In this document: positions 18,088 to 27,811 of the stretch, piece by piece
Layout of the letters: each line of letters starts with the position of its first letter
How positions within the stretch are numbered: position 1 is the first letter of the stretch
Source: a virus
Taxonomy: Duplodnaviria > Caudoviricetes
IMG/VR virus record: IMGVR_UViG_3300036802_000003
Span: 32,001-96,000 of that record
DNA length: 64,000 bases
Reading direction: 5' to 3' (one strand)
Program-made: the position numbers and the translations under genes
The notes under the pieces: model-generated
Database searches by the model: none
What the model was told of the DNA's origin: nothing
What the model saw: the letters and a program-made list of their open reading frames with translations, nothing else

Positions 18088-18477
18088 GTGGCTTTAATGG
18101 GAAAGGCACTATTAGACGGAGAGATTATATTAGCAGTAGATTTTGATGGAACGATTAGTACAGAGCCTGATATGGGGCATGCACTGGTATTACAGCCAAA
18201 CTGTAAACAAGTACTGGAAAGATTCTATGAGGATGGTGTTCGTTTAATACTATGGACTTGCCGTACTGCGGCACCCCTAGATGAAGCTTTAGCGTTTCTA
18301 GAAGCAAATGAATTAGGTCATATCTGGTGTGCTATCAATGACCAACTACCTGAAGTGAATGCAAAATATGAACCAAACGTAGCTAGAAAAGTTGGTGCTG
18401 ATATTTATATCGACGATAAGTCAATTGGATATAAAGTCGATTGGTTAGCAATCGAAAAACACATATATGGAGAGTGA
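18088..18477 (+). CDS. HAD-family phosphatase
   Basis: AVDFDGTI, LWTCR, YIDDK. Confidence 0.85.
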   Translation: MALMGKALLDGEIILAVDFDGTISTEPDMGHALVLQPNCKQVLERFYEDGVRLILWTCRTAAPLDEALAFLEANELGHIWCAINDQLPEVNAKYEPNVARKVGADIYIDDKSIGYKVDWLAIEKHIYGE

Positions 18478-18481
18478 TTGT

Positions 18482-19174
18482 ATGTTCTTCCCTAAAGTTG
18501 GAGATAAAGTACTAGTAGCAGGTCATGGGTGGAAGGAGTTTGAGATAAAGGATGTAGCCATCCTTAATTCTGATAAGACTTCCTCTACTCTAGCCAATGG
18601 AGGGTCTGTCAAGTTTAAGGTGGATATAGATGGACTACTAGAATGGATTCACATTGATGCTATTAATACAGCGGAGTACATTAAAACATCTACGCTTATT
18701 GTGCCTGAGAACACGGATATGGATGCAGCATTTATAGGTCAGAAGATGACTAGCTGGATGGTAGGGTTGAAGAACCAACCAGATAACAGTAAGCTACCAG
18801 AGATTGTAACACTGTTAATGGCAATCCAGTATGACAAAGAGAAGTACTATGGCTCATCTTGGAAGGGTAAAGGGGAAATACGTGGTATCATGGCAAACCT
18901 TGACCGCAAATATGACCGCCTAGATAAGATGACAAACGATGAGATAGCTGGTGAGATGCAAGGTCTAGCAACACTGGAGAAACTACTAGTGAATGGTACC
19001 ATCAAGGCAGAGAAGGTAGGGGAAAGCAAGATAGACGCTATTGCAGACCTTACGAATTATGGAATCCTGTATATGACGTATGTTAGAGACCACTTCCCTA
19101 ACTTATTTAAAATATGGGTGGAACAAAATGTTCCAGATTACCTGAAAGATAAAATGTCTTTCCTACAACAGTAG
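18482..19174 (+). CDS. MazG-like / nucleotide-modification-associated domain protein (SPO1 gp30 position)
   Basis: K...YGSSW, RKYDRL, ESKIDAIADLTNYG. Confidence 0.6.
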   Translation: MFFPKVGDKVLVAGHGWKEFEIKDVAILNSDKTSSTLANGGSVKFKVDIDGLLEWIHIDAINTAEYIKTSTLIVPENTDMDAAFIGQKMTSWMVGLKNQPDNSKLPEIVTLLMAIQYDKEKYYGSSWKGKGEIRGIMANLDRKYDRLDKMTNDEIAGEMQGLATLEKLLVNGTIKAEKVGESKIDAIADLTNYGILYMTYVRDHFPNLFKIWVEQNVPDYLKDKMSFLQQ

Positions 19175-19210
19175 TACTGGGGAGATAATGATAAACACTC
19201 TCCCCTATCA

Positions 19211-19250
19211 GGGGAGAAAAGATTTTGTGAGACGGTTTTTTTAAGTCAGA
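19211..19250 (+). promoter_or_regulatory. middle promoter followed by a structured 5' leader
   Basis: GGGGAGA...TTTTTTTAAGTC; leader 19250-19315 can fold into a nested stem. Confidence 0.55.
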
Positions 19251-19346
19251 AGGGTCACAAGGGGAGAAGCTCACTGGCGGTTACACCAGAACTTCTACAA
19301 TACTTGAGACTTTTACTATAACATATTTCCTTAGGAGGAATTTAAA

Positions 19347-19655
19347 ATGAATAAACAAGAAACTGTAAAAGCTATTTCTGTACGTACTGGATTAACACAA
19401 GTAGATGTAAACAAAGTGTTTACTGCGCTTAAAGAAATCACTGTAGAAACTCTACAAAAAGGTGAAAAGCTACAATTAACTGGTTTCTGGGGAGTAGAGC
19501 CTGCATACCGTGCACCACGTAAAGGTTTCGACCCTATTAAGAAAGAGCCAATGGAAATCGCTGCTACTGTAGGCGTTCGTATCAAAGCTGGCGAAGATTT
19601 AAAGAAAGCTGTAAAAGGCTTAAAAGTAGAAGACTTTGCTCCTAAAGCAGAGTAG
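19347..19655 (+). CDS. tf1: TF1-like HU-family DNA-binding protein
   Basis: HU fold; arm RKGFDP with Phe in place of Arg; C-terminal extension GLKVEDFA as in SPO1 TF1. Confidence 0.88.
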   Translation: MNKQETVKAISVRTGLTQVDVNKVFTALKEITVETLQKGEKLQLTGFWGVEPAYRAPRKGFDPIKKEPMEIAATVGVRIKAGEDLKKAVKGLKVEDFAPKAE

Positions 19656-19718
19656 TCTATAACGATCATAGCTGCATATATCTGAACGGTATCGTTCACA
19701 CATACTTCTGAAAGTGTT

Positions 19719-19755
19719 CAAAAGACTCTAGGATTCGCTCCCTAGAGTCTTTTTC
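19719..19755 (+). terminator. intrinsic terminator
   Basis: AAAAGACTCTAGG...CCTAGAGTCTTTTT. Confidence 0.8.
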
Positions 19756-19813
19756 ATTGTAAGAGAGAGGTTCTGCAACCTCTCTTTTTATTAGTTTTGA
19801 AGGAGTTGATTCG

Positions 19814-22591
19814 ATGAAGTGTACTGCATGTAGGCTTTCTGAGACCTGTCCAAAGGTGCTACAAATGGGACATGGCAAGAAAAAAGCTAGGGTCATGGTT
19901 ATACAGGAGAACCCTTACGAGCATGAGAATAAGAAGGGTAAATACTTTAGTGGTAAAGCTGGTAAACTACTCCAATCAGCCTTTGAAGAGGTGGGTATAG
20001 ATGCTGATGATGTCTATTATACTGCGGTAGTTAAGTGCTCAACACCAGAGGATAGACTACCCCTAAAGGACGAGGTTAAGGCATGTGAAGACTATCTATG
20101 GGCAGAGATTGATGCAGTAGAACCAGAGATTATTATACCGACAGGTAACATGTCTCTATGGGCTTTAACAGGTCGTACTGCAATAACTAAGCAACGTGGG
20201 AGACTTATTGAGAAGGATGGTTACAAGTTCTTCCCTATGATACACCCTAATATGGTTCTAAAGCAACCAAAGTATATGGAGTTCTTTTCTAAGGACATCA
20301 TTAATTTACACTCAATACTAGAAGGTGTGCTCCCTGCTGACATATTAGCGTATGAACAGGAGAGACTGTACTGTGAGGACTATGACACTGCTATCAACGA
20401 ATTGAAGAGACTAATGGCTCTACCAGATGGTCATTTGGTAACAGTCGATTTAGAGACCGTTAAGTCCAATCCCTACTTGGACAAGACGGTTATGTCAAAG
20501 ACTAAGAGAGCTATGTTCCCTGAGAGTGAGATAGTTAAGATATCTGCAATAGGATTCTCTGATAGAGCTGGGTATGGTAATGCCATTCCATTATACCATA
20601 GAGAAACCCCTTTTACAGGTAATCAGATTGGAACAATAGTGAAGTTCATACGTTTCCTAATTGAGGACTCTAAGCTGGAGTTTGTGGCACACAATAGTAA
20701 GTTCGAGATGAAGTGGCTACTACAACAGCTAGATATATACCTAGCCGACCTCAAGTGGGACACTATGTTAATGCACTATCTTGCAGTTACAGAGGAAAAG
20801 GGTACACATGACTTGAAGCAGTTGGCATGGTTAGAGACTGATATGGGCGGATATGATGATGAGTTAGACCCATACCTACCTAAGGGTGATGATGAAGGTA
20901 ACTATGACATGATACCTTGGGATACACTCAAAGTCTACCTAGCAGCCGATGTTGATGTAACATACCGATTACTAGACAAATATAAACCTCTTATTGAAGA
21001 GGATAAAGAGAAGAAATGGCTATGGGATAACCTCATGGTACCTGGTCTGTATGCATTGATGGACATTGAACACACTGGTGCTAAGGTAGATGGAGACTTG
21101 CTTGGAATCTATAGAGGTCGTTATGAGGAAGAGATTGACCGTATAGAAGCCAAGCTAAGGGAATATCCAGAGATTGTTAGCCTAGAGCGTGAAAGACATG
21201 AACTTTGGTTAGAGCGTGTTGCGATAGGCGGAATTAAGAAGGCTAACCGTACTGAGGAACAACAGACTAAGTTTGAGAAGAATAAGAAGTATGACCCTAA
21301 GAAGGGTGGAGATAAGCTAAACTTTGGTTCATCTACCCAACTACAGGTACTCTTCTTTGAGATAATGGGCTTAGAAACGGTTGTCCTTACTGATAAAGGT
21401 CATCCAAGTACTAATGATGACTCATTGAAATATATGAGAAATCAGCATCCTATGATTGCTCTATTAATGGAGTACCGCAAGGTTGCCCATTTATATAGTA
21501 ACTTCATTGATAAGATGTCAATGCACGTAGATGCAAGAGGTCTTATACATGGTAACTACAATCTGCATGGAACAGTTACAGGGCGTTTAAGTAGTAATGA
21601 ACCGAATATGCAACAGTTACCTCGTAAGGTGAATGACCCCTTCCTATTCCAGTACTGGAATGAGATTAAAGCACTGTTTGTATCTAGGTTTGGGGACGAT
21701 GGCGTTATTATCCAGTTTGACTATTCTCAGTTAGAGTTACGTATCCTAGCTGTTATGACTGGTGACCCAGAGCTTATCCGACTGTATCGTTCAGGAGCTG
21801 ACTTACATAAAGAGGTAGCATCTGGTGCATTCGGAGTACCTGTGTCTGAAGTTACTAAAGACCAACGTACTGCATCTAAGAAGATTCAGTTCGGTATCGT
21901 ATACCAAGAGTCTGCTAAAGGTCTGTCAGAAGACTTACGTGCAGAGGGTATTAATATGTCTGTAGAAGAGTGTCAAAGCTTCATTGATAGCTACTTCAAG
22001 CGATTCCCAGTAGTAGAACGCTGGATTAAGCGCATTAAGAAGTTTGCTAAAAAGAATAAGCATGTTAGAACAATGACTAACCGTATCCGTCACCTAGATG
22101 CTATTGATTCTACTGACCGTTCAGTAGCAAACGAGGCAGAGCGTCAGGCAGTAAACGCACCTATTCAGTCTACAGGTTCAGACTGTACATTAATGGCACT
22201 TATCATTATTAATGACTGGTTACAAAACTCTGACCTGAAGAGTAGAATAGTAATCACTGTACATGATAGTATCGTGTTTGACTGTCCTAAGGATGAGGTA
22301 GTGGAAGTGTCTGAGAAAGTTAAGCATGTTATGGAGAACTTAGCAGAGTACAACGAGTTCTATAAGTTCTTAGGTGATGTACCAATTCTGTCTGAGATGG
22401 AGATTGGATACAACTATGGTCACTCATTCGAGTGCAGTATTGAGGACATAAAGGAGCAGGGTGTAGATGGGTTCCTACAGAAAGAGTTGGCAGATAAACA
22501 TACTAAAGAGCAAGAAAAGTACGCTAAAGCAGAAAAAGAAGGTACTCCTATACCGAAGCATGTTACAGGTTATTGGGAGAATATAGCATAG
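19814..22591 (+). CDS. family A DNA polymerase with N-terminal UDG-like domain
   Basis: CTAC..C/VKC/HP UDG family 4-like N-terminus; exo DLET, HNSKFE; TGRLSS, DYSQLELR, QFGIVY, VHDS. Confidence 0.95.
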   Translation: MKCTACRLSETCPKVLQMGHGKKKARVMVIQENPYEHENKKGKYFSGKAGKLLQSAFEEVGIDADDVYYTAVVKCSTPEDRLPLKDEVKACEDYLWAEIDAVEPEIIIPTGNMSLWALTGRTAITKQRGRLIEKDGYKFFPMIHPNMVLKQPKYMEFFSKDIINLHSILEGVLPADILAYEQERLYCEDYDTAINELKRLMALPDGHLVTVDLETVKSNPYLDKTVMSKTKRAMFPESEIVKISAIGFSDRAGYGNAIPLYHRETPFTGNQIGTIVKFIRFLIEDSKLEFVAHNSKFEMKWLLQQLDIYLADLKWDTMLMHYLAVTEEKGTHDLKQLAWLETDMGGYDDELDPYLPKGDDEGNYDMIPWDTLKVYLAADVDVTYRLLDKYKPLIEEDKEKKWLWDNLMVPGLYALMDIEHTGAKVDGDLLGIYRGRYEEEIDRIEAKLREYPEIVSLERERHELWLERVAIGGIKKANRTEEQQTKFEKNKKYDPKKGGDKLNFGSSTQLQVLFFEIMGLETVVLTDKGHPSTNDDSLKYMRNQHPMIALLMEYRKVAHLYSNFIDKMSMHVDARGLIHGNYNLHGTVTGRLSSNEPNMQQLPRKVNDPFLFQYWNEIKALFVSRFGDDGVIIQFDYSQLELRILAVMTGDPELIRLYRSGADLHKEVASGAFGVPVSEVTKDQRTASKKIQFGIVYQESAKGLSEDLRAEGINMSVEECQSFIDSYFKRFPVVERWIKRIKKFAKKNKHVRTMTNRIRHLDAIDSTDRSVANEAERQAVNAPIQSTGSDCTLMALIIINDWLQNSDLKSRIVITVHDSIVFDCPKDEVVEVSEKVKHVMENLAEYNEFYKFLGDVPILSEMEIGYNYGHSFECSIEDIKEQGVDGFLQKELADKHTKEQEKYAKAEKEGTPIPKHVTGYWENIA

Positions 22592-22721
22592 TATTAGAGA
22601 GGATTCCGTCTAGGAGTCCTCTTTTTCTTTATATCCCTCGTAGTTCTGTAGCCCACGGAGGAATTTTCCTGTGGAAAACAGGATAAAACTTTGAAAAACT
22701 CAATTTGAGGGAGGAATCAAT

Positions 22722-22865
22722 ATGACCAAGGATAAAACTTACGAAATGGTGAATAAATCTAATGGTGCAACAATCACATGTACGGAGAAATACGTTCTAG
22801 ACTGGATTAGCAGGGGCTTTGAGGTAGATAAAATCATACTAAAGGGAGCGAAAAAGACATGCTAG
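22722..22865 (+). CDS. 47-aa hypothetical protein
   Basis: GGAGG RBS; overlaps next gene. Confidence 0.55.
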   Translation: MTKDKTYEMVNKSNGATITCTEKYVLDWISRGFEVDKIILKGAKKTC

Positions 22866-23161
22866 AGCATATACCTAATAATGTAGATTTTGATAAGGTT
22901 GACTGGGTTGTCTTGGCTAGGCAGCTAGGACTAAAATTATCTGACGAGCCTATAGAAATTACCAGACTTGGCACCCCTTACAGACAGTACTTAGCATCGG
23001 TCACGATGGCGTCTAGGATGGTTGATTGTAACCTTAGACTAGAGCAGATAAATGATGAATTAGATGAGATGATGGATGAACGACAGATAACCTCCTTTGA
23101 CAAGGCGTGTATCAAGTTGTATTTAAATAGAATAGTAGAAAACGAGAAGCTCCCTCATTGA
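22859..23161 (+). CDS. hypothetical protein
   Basis: ORF followed by terminator. Confidence 0.7.
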   Translation: MLEHIPNNVDFDKVDWVVLARQLGLKLSDEPIEITRLGTPYRQYLASVTMASRMVDCNLRLEQINDELDEMMDERQITSFDKACIKLYLNRIVENEKLPH

Positions 23162-23189
23162 TAGGGAGCTTTTCATTTTGTTATAGGTC

Positions 23190-23230
23190 AGGAGACGATT
23201 CCCGTTTCCCGACCTTTTTTTATGTCGAAC
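23190..23230 (+). promoter_or_regulatory. middle promoter
   Basis: AGGAGA-N19-TTTTTTTATGTCGAAC. Confidence 0.65.
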
Positions 23231-23321
23231 AGGTTGTTGAACCCCACGATACTAAGAGATGGTGGAGAAAAAATTGTGTGCCTTGCTTTAATAATTGTGA
23301 AGGCGTTCAGGACAGAAAGGT

Positions 23322-23693
23322 ATGATGAGTATGTCTCGTAAGATTATAAGAATCGCCTTACCAAAAGGTAAGATGTACCAAGCGGATTTACAGAAGGAGT
23401 TATCCATAGATGGCTCTAATGTCCTTCAGGAAGTCCTAAACCACTCTAGTAAGTATGCGTGGTGGAAGACCCTGTATGATGTGGCTGAGAATCATGTACA
23501 GTACTTAGAAGACCTTAATATTGGTGGTGAACGTCACGAGAGAGCAGTAGAGCACAGAGATACTCTACAGTCTACCCTTGAAGCGTTTAATCATAGAGAA
23601 TCAACATTGAAGCTATTGTTACGTAGTGATAATAAGCGTAAAGTGTTGAAAAGTTACAACAAAAATATCACACATTTAATGGGCGTAATTTAG
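23322..23693 (+). CDS. helical protein, possibly UvsY-like recombination mediator
   Basis: ELSID...YAWW pattern; directly upstream of SSB. Confidence 0.5.
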   Translation: MMSMSRKIIRIALPKGKMYQADLQKELSIDGSNVLQEVLNHSSKYAWWKTLYDVAENHVQYLEDLNIGGERHERAVEHRDTLQSTLEAFNHRESTLKLLLRSDNKRKVLKSYNKNITHLMGVI

Positions 23694-23729
23694 GTCATTG
23701 ACCATACTAGCCCTAAGGAGGAATTATTA

Positions 23730-24671
23730 ATGGGTAAATTAGACGTATCAGCACTAGCAGCAAGATTAACGGAGTTAAACAGCAATAGCGGAGGTAATGG
23801 TTCTGGCGGTGGTATTAGCTGGCTTAATCTTAAAGATGGACGTAATGTTATCCGTATCTTACCACCTAAAGGTGATGGAGTATTTGCTAAAGAGGTATTC
23901 GTACACTTTGGTGTGAATAAGACAGAGGAAAACAAGCGAGGTACAATGGTTGTATGCCCTAAGACACATGGCGACAACAAGCCTTGTCCAGTATGTGATG
24001 TGGTTGCTGAAATGCGTAAGCTATCTAAGAAGAAAGATGACAAGTACGACAAGATGGCTAGAGAGCTGAATAAGAAGACACGTGTATACTACAACGTTAT
24101 TGACCGTGCTGACGATTTATCTACATTTGAGAAGAAAGAAGTAGATGGTAAGGAAAAATGGTTCAACGCTGATGATGAAGAGGAAACACCTATCAAAGTG
24201 TTTGGTTCTGGTATCGGTATTTATAAGGCGTTACTAGCACTTATCATTGATCCAGAGTATGGAGATATCACTGATGAAGAAGAAGGTCTAGATATCATTA
24301 TCACTAAATCTGGTACAGGCTATAACACTAAATATGAAGTTAAATCTGTACGTAAAGAGTCTGTTATAGGTTTCGATAACTGGGAAGAAGAGTCTCACGA
24401 CTTAAACCCATTAGCTAAAGCTAAGAGTTATGATGAAATCGACGCTATCCTTAATGGTGAAGAGCCTGAGGATAAGGACGATGACGATGAGGAAGAAGAG
24501 GAAAAGGAAGAAAAGCCTAAAAAATCCTCTAACAAGTCTAAGCCTGAAAAAGAAGAGAAGGAAGAGGAAGAGGAAAAGTCTGAATCTGAAGACTCTAGTG
24601 AGGGCGATGGAGACGACCTACAGTCAGAAATTGCAGCAAAATTAGCAGCACGTAAGAAACGCAGAGGTTAA
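23730..24671 (+). CDS. single-stranded DNA-binding protein (T4 gp32-like)
   Basis: IRILPP, H..C...CPVC zinc site, long acidic tail. Confidence 0.8.
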   Translation: MGKLDVSALAARLTELNSNSGGNGSGGGISWLNLKDGRNVIRILPPKGDGVFAKEVFVHFGVNKTEENKRGTMVVCPKTHGDNKPCPVCDVVAEMRKLSKKKDDKYDKMARELNKKTRVYYNVIDRADDLSTFEKKEVDGKEKWFNADDEEETPIKVFGSGIGIYKALLALIIDPEYGDITDEEEGLDIIITKSGTGYNTKYEVKSVRKESVIGFDNWEEESHDLNPLAKAKSYDEIDAILNGEEPEDKDDDDEEEEEKEEKPKKSSNKSKPEKEEKEEEEEKSESEDSSEGDGDDLQSEIAAKLAARKKRRG

Positions 24672-24736
24672 TACTTAGGACTACAGGCAGGTGGGCAACC
24701 ACCTGCTAATACTTTTGAAAAGGGGATATATACCAT

Positions 24737-25582
24737 ATGAAAAATATTACACAAGAATTAGACGTTGCTCATGAGTTTAAGTATGAATTAGGCTGTATAG
24801 AAGATGGTATTTGTAAGAATATCGCTATAAATGGTTTAAAGAATGCTCCTGATTACTTCTGGTATGTACCTGCATCAGCTAGTGGTAAATATCATCCAAA
24901 GAGTAGCTTAGGTCTAGCAGGTCTTATTAGGCATGTTAAAGCAGTATTCCTTATCTCTGAGGAGTTGTTAAATCATAAACTATATTCTCCGTTTACTCCT
25001 GTAGAGAAGGATATGATTCGTGTTGCGGTACTACTACATGACTGTTTAAAGCAAGGTGTAGAGGGGACTCATACTGTGGCTGAACATCCATTATTAGTAC
25101 GTGAAGCGTTGCATCCAGTTAAGGGTAAAGTATTTACTGATGATATGAATTCTACTCTTATGGTTAAGGATATGGAAGAGAAGTGGAACCTAATCTGTAC
25201 TATGATTGAGACCCACATGGGCATCTGGAATACAGATAAAGAAGGTAATGAAATTATGGACATTCCTAAAACTAAAGCCCAACTACATGTCCACATGTGT
25301 GACTATCTAGCTAGTAGAAAGTGCATTGAGGTGGATGTAACATCTAGAGAAGCACAGTCTAACTACACTAAGAAGGATGAAAGTAGTGCTCCTGCATGGT
25401 TAAGTGATAAGGCTACCCAAGGTCAAGTGGGCTTTATCAAGAAACTATTAGTTACTGCTATGATTAAAGGAGTGTCTCATCCCTACGATGGACTGACTTT
25501 AGTAAATAGCGATGGTATTGCTATTACGAAAGGTAAAGCAAGTGAGATTATCCAAGCTTTACAACGTTTGACAGGGCAATAA
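24737..25582 (+). CDS. HD-domain phosphohydrolase
   Basis: PASASGKYHP, GLIRH, LLHD, HMG, CDYLAS. Confidence 0.85.
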   Translation: MKNITQELDVAHEFKYELGCIEDGICKNIAINGLKNAPDYFWYVPASASGKYHPKSSLGLAGLIRHVKAVFLISEELLNHKLYSPFTPVEKDMIRVAVLLHDCLKQGVEGTHTVAEHPLLVREALHPVKGKVFTDDMNSTLMVKDMEEKWNLICTMIETHMGIWNTDKEGNEIMDIPKTKAQLHVHMCDYLASRKCIEVDVTSREAQSNYTKKDESSAPAWLSDKATQGQVGFIKKLLVTAMIKGVSHPYDGLTLVNSDGIAITKGKASEIIQALQRLTGQ

Positions 25583-25628
25583 ACCCTAAGGAGTCGATTT
25601 CCGACTCCTTTCTTTTATTTTTTGTGAG

Positions 25629-26120
25629 GTGATTGAGATGGCAGAAGCAGGAAGAAAAAGATTGTGGCAACCACATTGGAATAACGAAATCCTTAAAGCC
25701 CTTGAGGAGACAGGTGAATACGACTATACTTCTATAATTGAGAAGGGTCTACGTGTGGTATGGGTGAGAGATAAAATTAGAGCACTGTGTAAGCAGGCAC
25801 ATGATGGTAGTGTATCACTTAGATGGGATAAGAATTCTCATGTAGTGTATATACGTAAAACTTATGTTAGACCCAAGCCTGTAATACCTAAGGGTACACC
25901 TGCAATTGAGAAATATGCAGAACAGGCTAAGGCTATCAGAAGTAATAGAGATAAATTTATTGCTCTCTGTGAAAAGGATGGGGATAAGTATCCTATCAAT
26001 TTATACGCTGTAACTGAAAGACATGCTAGGATGGATTTAGCAGAGAACTACAAGGTAGATAAGATTATAGACATTCTACCTGCAAAAGATTACCGTAAGA
26101 AATATATAAGACCACTATAA
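25629..26120 (+). CDS. hypothetical protein
   Basis: ORF with RBS. Confidence 0.7.
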   Translation: MIEMAEAGRKRLWQPHWNNEILKALEETGEYDYTSIIEKGLRVVWVRDKIRALCKQAHDGSVSLRWDKNSHVVYIRKTYVRPKPVIPKGTPAIEKYAEQAKAIRSNRDKFIALCEKDGDKYPINLYAVTERHARMDLAENYKVDKIIDILPAKDYRKKYIRPL

Positions 26121-26132
26121 GGAGGAATTAAT

Positions 26133-27065
26133 ATGCTACTACTAATTGATGGGAATAATATCGGATATAGAGCATTTCATACTAGTCAGGGAGACCTTTG
26201 TACAAAGGATGGCAAGCCTACAGGTGTAATGCAAGGTGTCCTTAAATCCATTAAGCTATATCTAGAACGTTTCCCAGAAACTACTAAATGTTTGGTGTGT
26301 TTCGATGGCGGGAAAGCAGAATGGCGTAAGGAATTATACCCCGAATATAAGGCAAATCGTAGTTATGGTGATGACCCTGAAGAGAAAGCTAAGTTCGATG
26401 GGCTATTTGCTCAATTAAATGAGCTTAATGATATGCTTCCTAAGATCAATGTACGTAGTATTAAGCTAGATGATCATGAAGCTGACGATTTAATATATGC
26501 ATTCTGTGAGCTTACTCAAGATAACGTTATGATTGTCTCAAGTGATAAGGATATGCTACAGCTCATCAATGAGCGTGTATCAGTGTATACTCCTTATAAA
26601 GACCGAGTAATTGGCATCAGTGACTTCTATGATGAAACTGGGGTAACGATGGAAGCCTACCTTGGTTACCGAGCACTAGTGGGGGATAAATCAGATAATA
26701 TTATTGGTGTCCACGGTATCGGTGAGAAGAAAGCTAAAGCCTTGATGGATAAATATGGTCACATTGACCACATCTTAGGTGCTACTGGTGATGTGAAGAA
26801 AGCCTTAATGAAGTCTAAGGTTAACGCACGTATCTTTGAACCAGAGAATCTACAACGTCTGGGTATCAATAACAAGATTATGAATCTTAAATTCTTTGAT
26901 TACACAGGAATCCGTAATGACCTAGACAAAGCCCTAAATGATCCTATTGAGTTCGATAGCAACTACTTCAAGAACTGGCTGATGCGTAACCAGTTTGCTG
27001 CTATCCTAGCAGAGTACCTAGCATTCTCTATGGTATTCCGAGCACTAGAGGAGGATGATGAGTAA
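26133..27065 (+). CDS. 5'-3' exonuclease / flap endonuclease (T4 RNase H-like)
   Basis: LIDGNN, YKANR, EADD, SSDKD, GDKSDNI.GV.GIGEK. Confidence 0.92.
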   Translation: MLLLIDGNNIGYRAFHTSQGDLCTKDGKPTGVMQGVLKSIKLYLERFPETTKCLVCFDGGKAEWRKELYPEYKANRSYGDDPEEKAKFDGLFAQLNELNDMLPKINVRSIKLDDHEADDLIYAFCELTQDNVMIVSSDKDMLQLINERVSVYTPYKDRVIGISDFYDETGVTMEAYLGYRALVGDKSDNIIGVHGIGEKKAKALMDKYGHIDHILGATGDVKKALMKSKVNARIFEPENLQRLGINNKIMNLKFFDYTGIRNDLDKALNDPIEFDSNYFKNWLMRNQFAAILAEYLAFSMVFRALEEDDE

Positions 27066-27486
27066 TATGTGGCATGACAGAGCCAATGGTGATATGTGGA
27101 GACAGCTAGAAAGGTCAGAAGTTAGGACGGTGACTCTACAGTGTATTAGGGAGACTGTTACTCAACATGTTAACTATGACCCTTGTATGGGTAACTTTGA
27201 GGTCTTTATGGAAGGGGCAATCAATGGTCTAGCTAGTGGGTATGTAATGGGCATATCAAGAAGAGTACCTGCTAAAGAGTTTGAGAAGACGGTTACCTTC
27301 CAAGTACCTGCCACATGGTGGCAACACTTTAAGCAGTCCCACTTCCCTAAGTGGGCGCTAAAGAAATTTCCAGTTAAGTATGAAATCTTAGCTGAGACTA
27401 TTGGATTTAAGGCTATATACGACCACATTATACCTGGTCATGACCCTCATATCCAAGTACGTGTGGCAGAACATAAATGGGAGTAA
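27055..27486 (+). CDS. hypothetical protein
   Basis: ORF overlapping neighbours. Confidence 0.7.
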   Translation: MMSNMWHDRANGDMWRQLERSEVRTVTLQCIRETVTQHVNYDPCMGNFEVFMEGAINGLASGYVMGISRRVPAKEFEKTVTFQVPATWWQHFKQSHFPKWALKKFPVKYEILAETIGFKAIYDHIIPGHDPHIQVRVAEHKWE

Positions 27487-27713
27487 GAGTGTGGAACACC
27501 TTAGAAAAAGTGTGGTGGTGCTGGATGTTCAGCTACTTATTCCAGTTGGCAGGACTTATCCTAGTAGGAGTAGTGTGGTGGGGTATTCTAGACTTAGATG
27601 ACTACTACGTTACTCACCCACCAAGCTTGACTATTTGGAGTATAAAGGTTCTAAGTTGGGTAACCAGTTTCATTCTGGTATATCGTCTAGCTAAAAAGGA
27701 GGGGTCTCTGTAG
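27477..27713 (+). CDS. two-TM membrane protein
   Basis: two hydrophobic segments. Confidence 0.6.
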   Translation: MGVRVWNTLEKVWWCWMFSYLFQLAGLILVGVVWWGILDLDDYYVTHPPSLTIWSIKVLSWVTSFILVYRLAKKEGSL

Positions 27714-27811
27714 AGAGACCTCTTATTTTGTGTTATATGACAAATAAAGGGAAAACTCTGAGAACTTCCCTTCTTTTATTTCAGAGACCTTGAAAGGAGA
27801 GATTTATCTAA

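Noticed and set aside
21560-21640. Group I intron/homing endonuclease in the polymerase, as in SPO1
   Set aside because: ORF is continuous through TGRLSSNEPNMQQLPR; intron-less allele. The terminase is also uninterrupted
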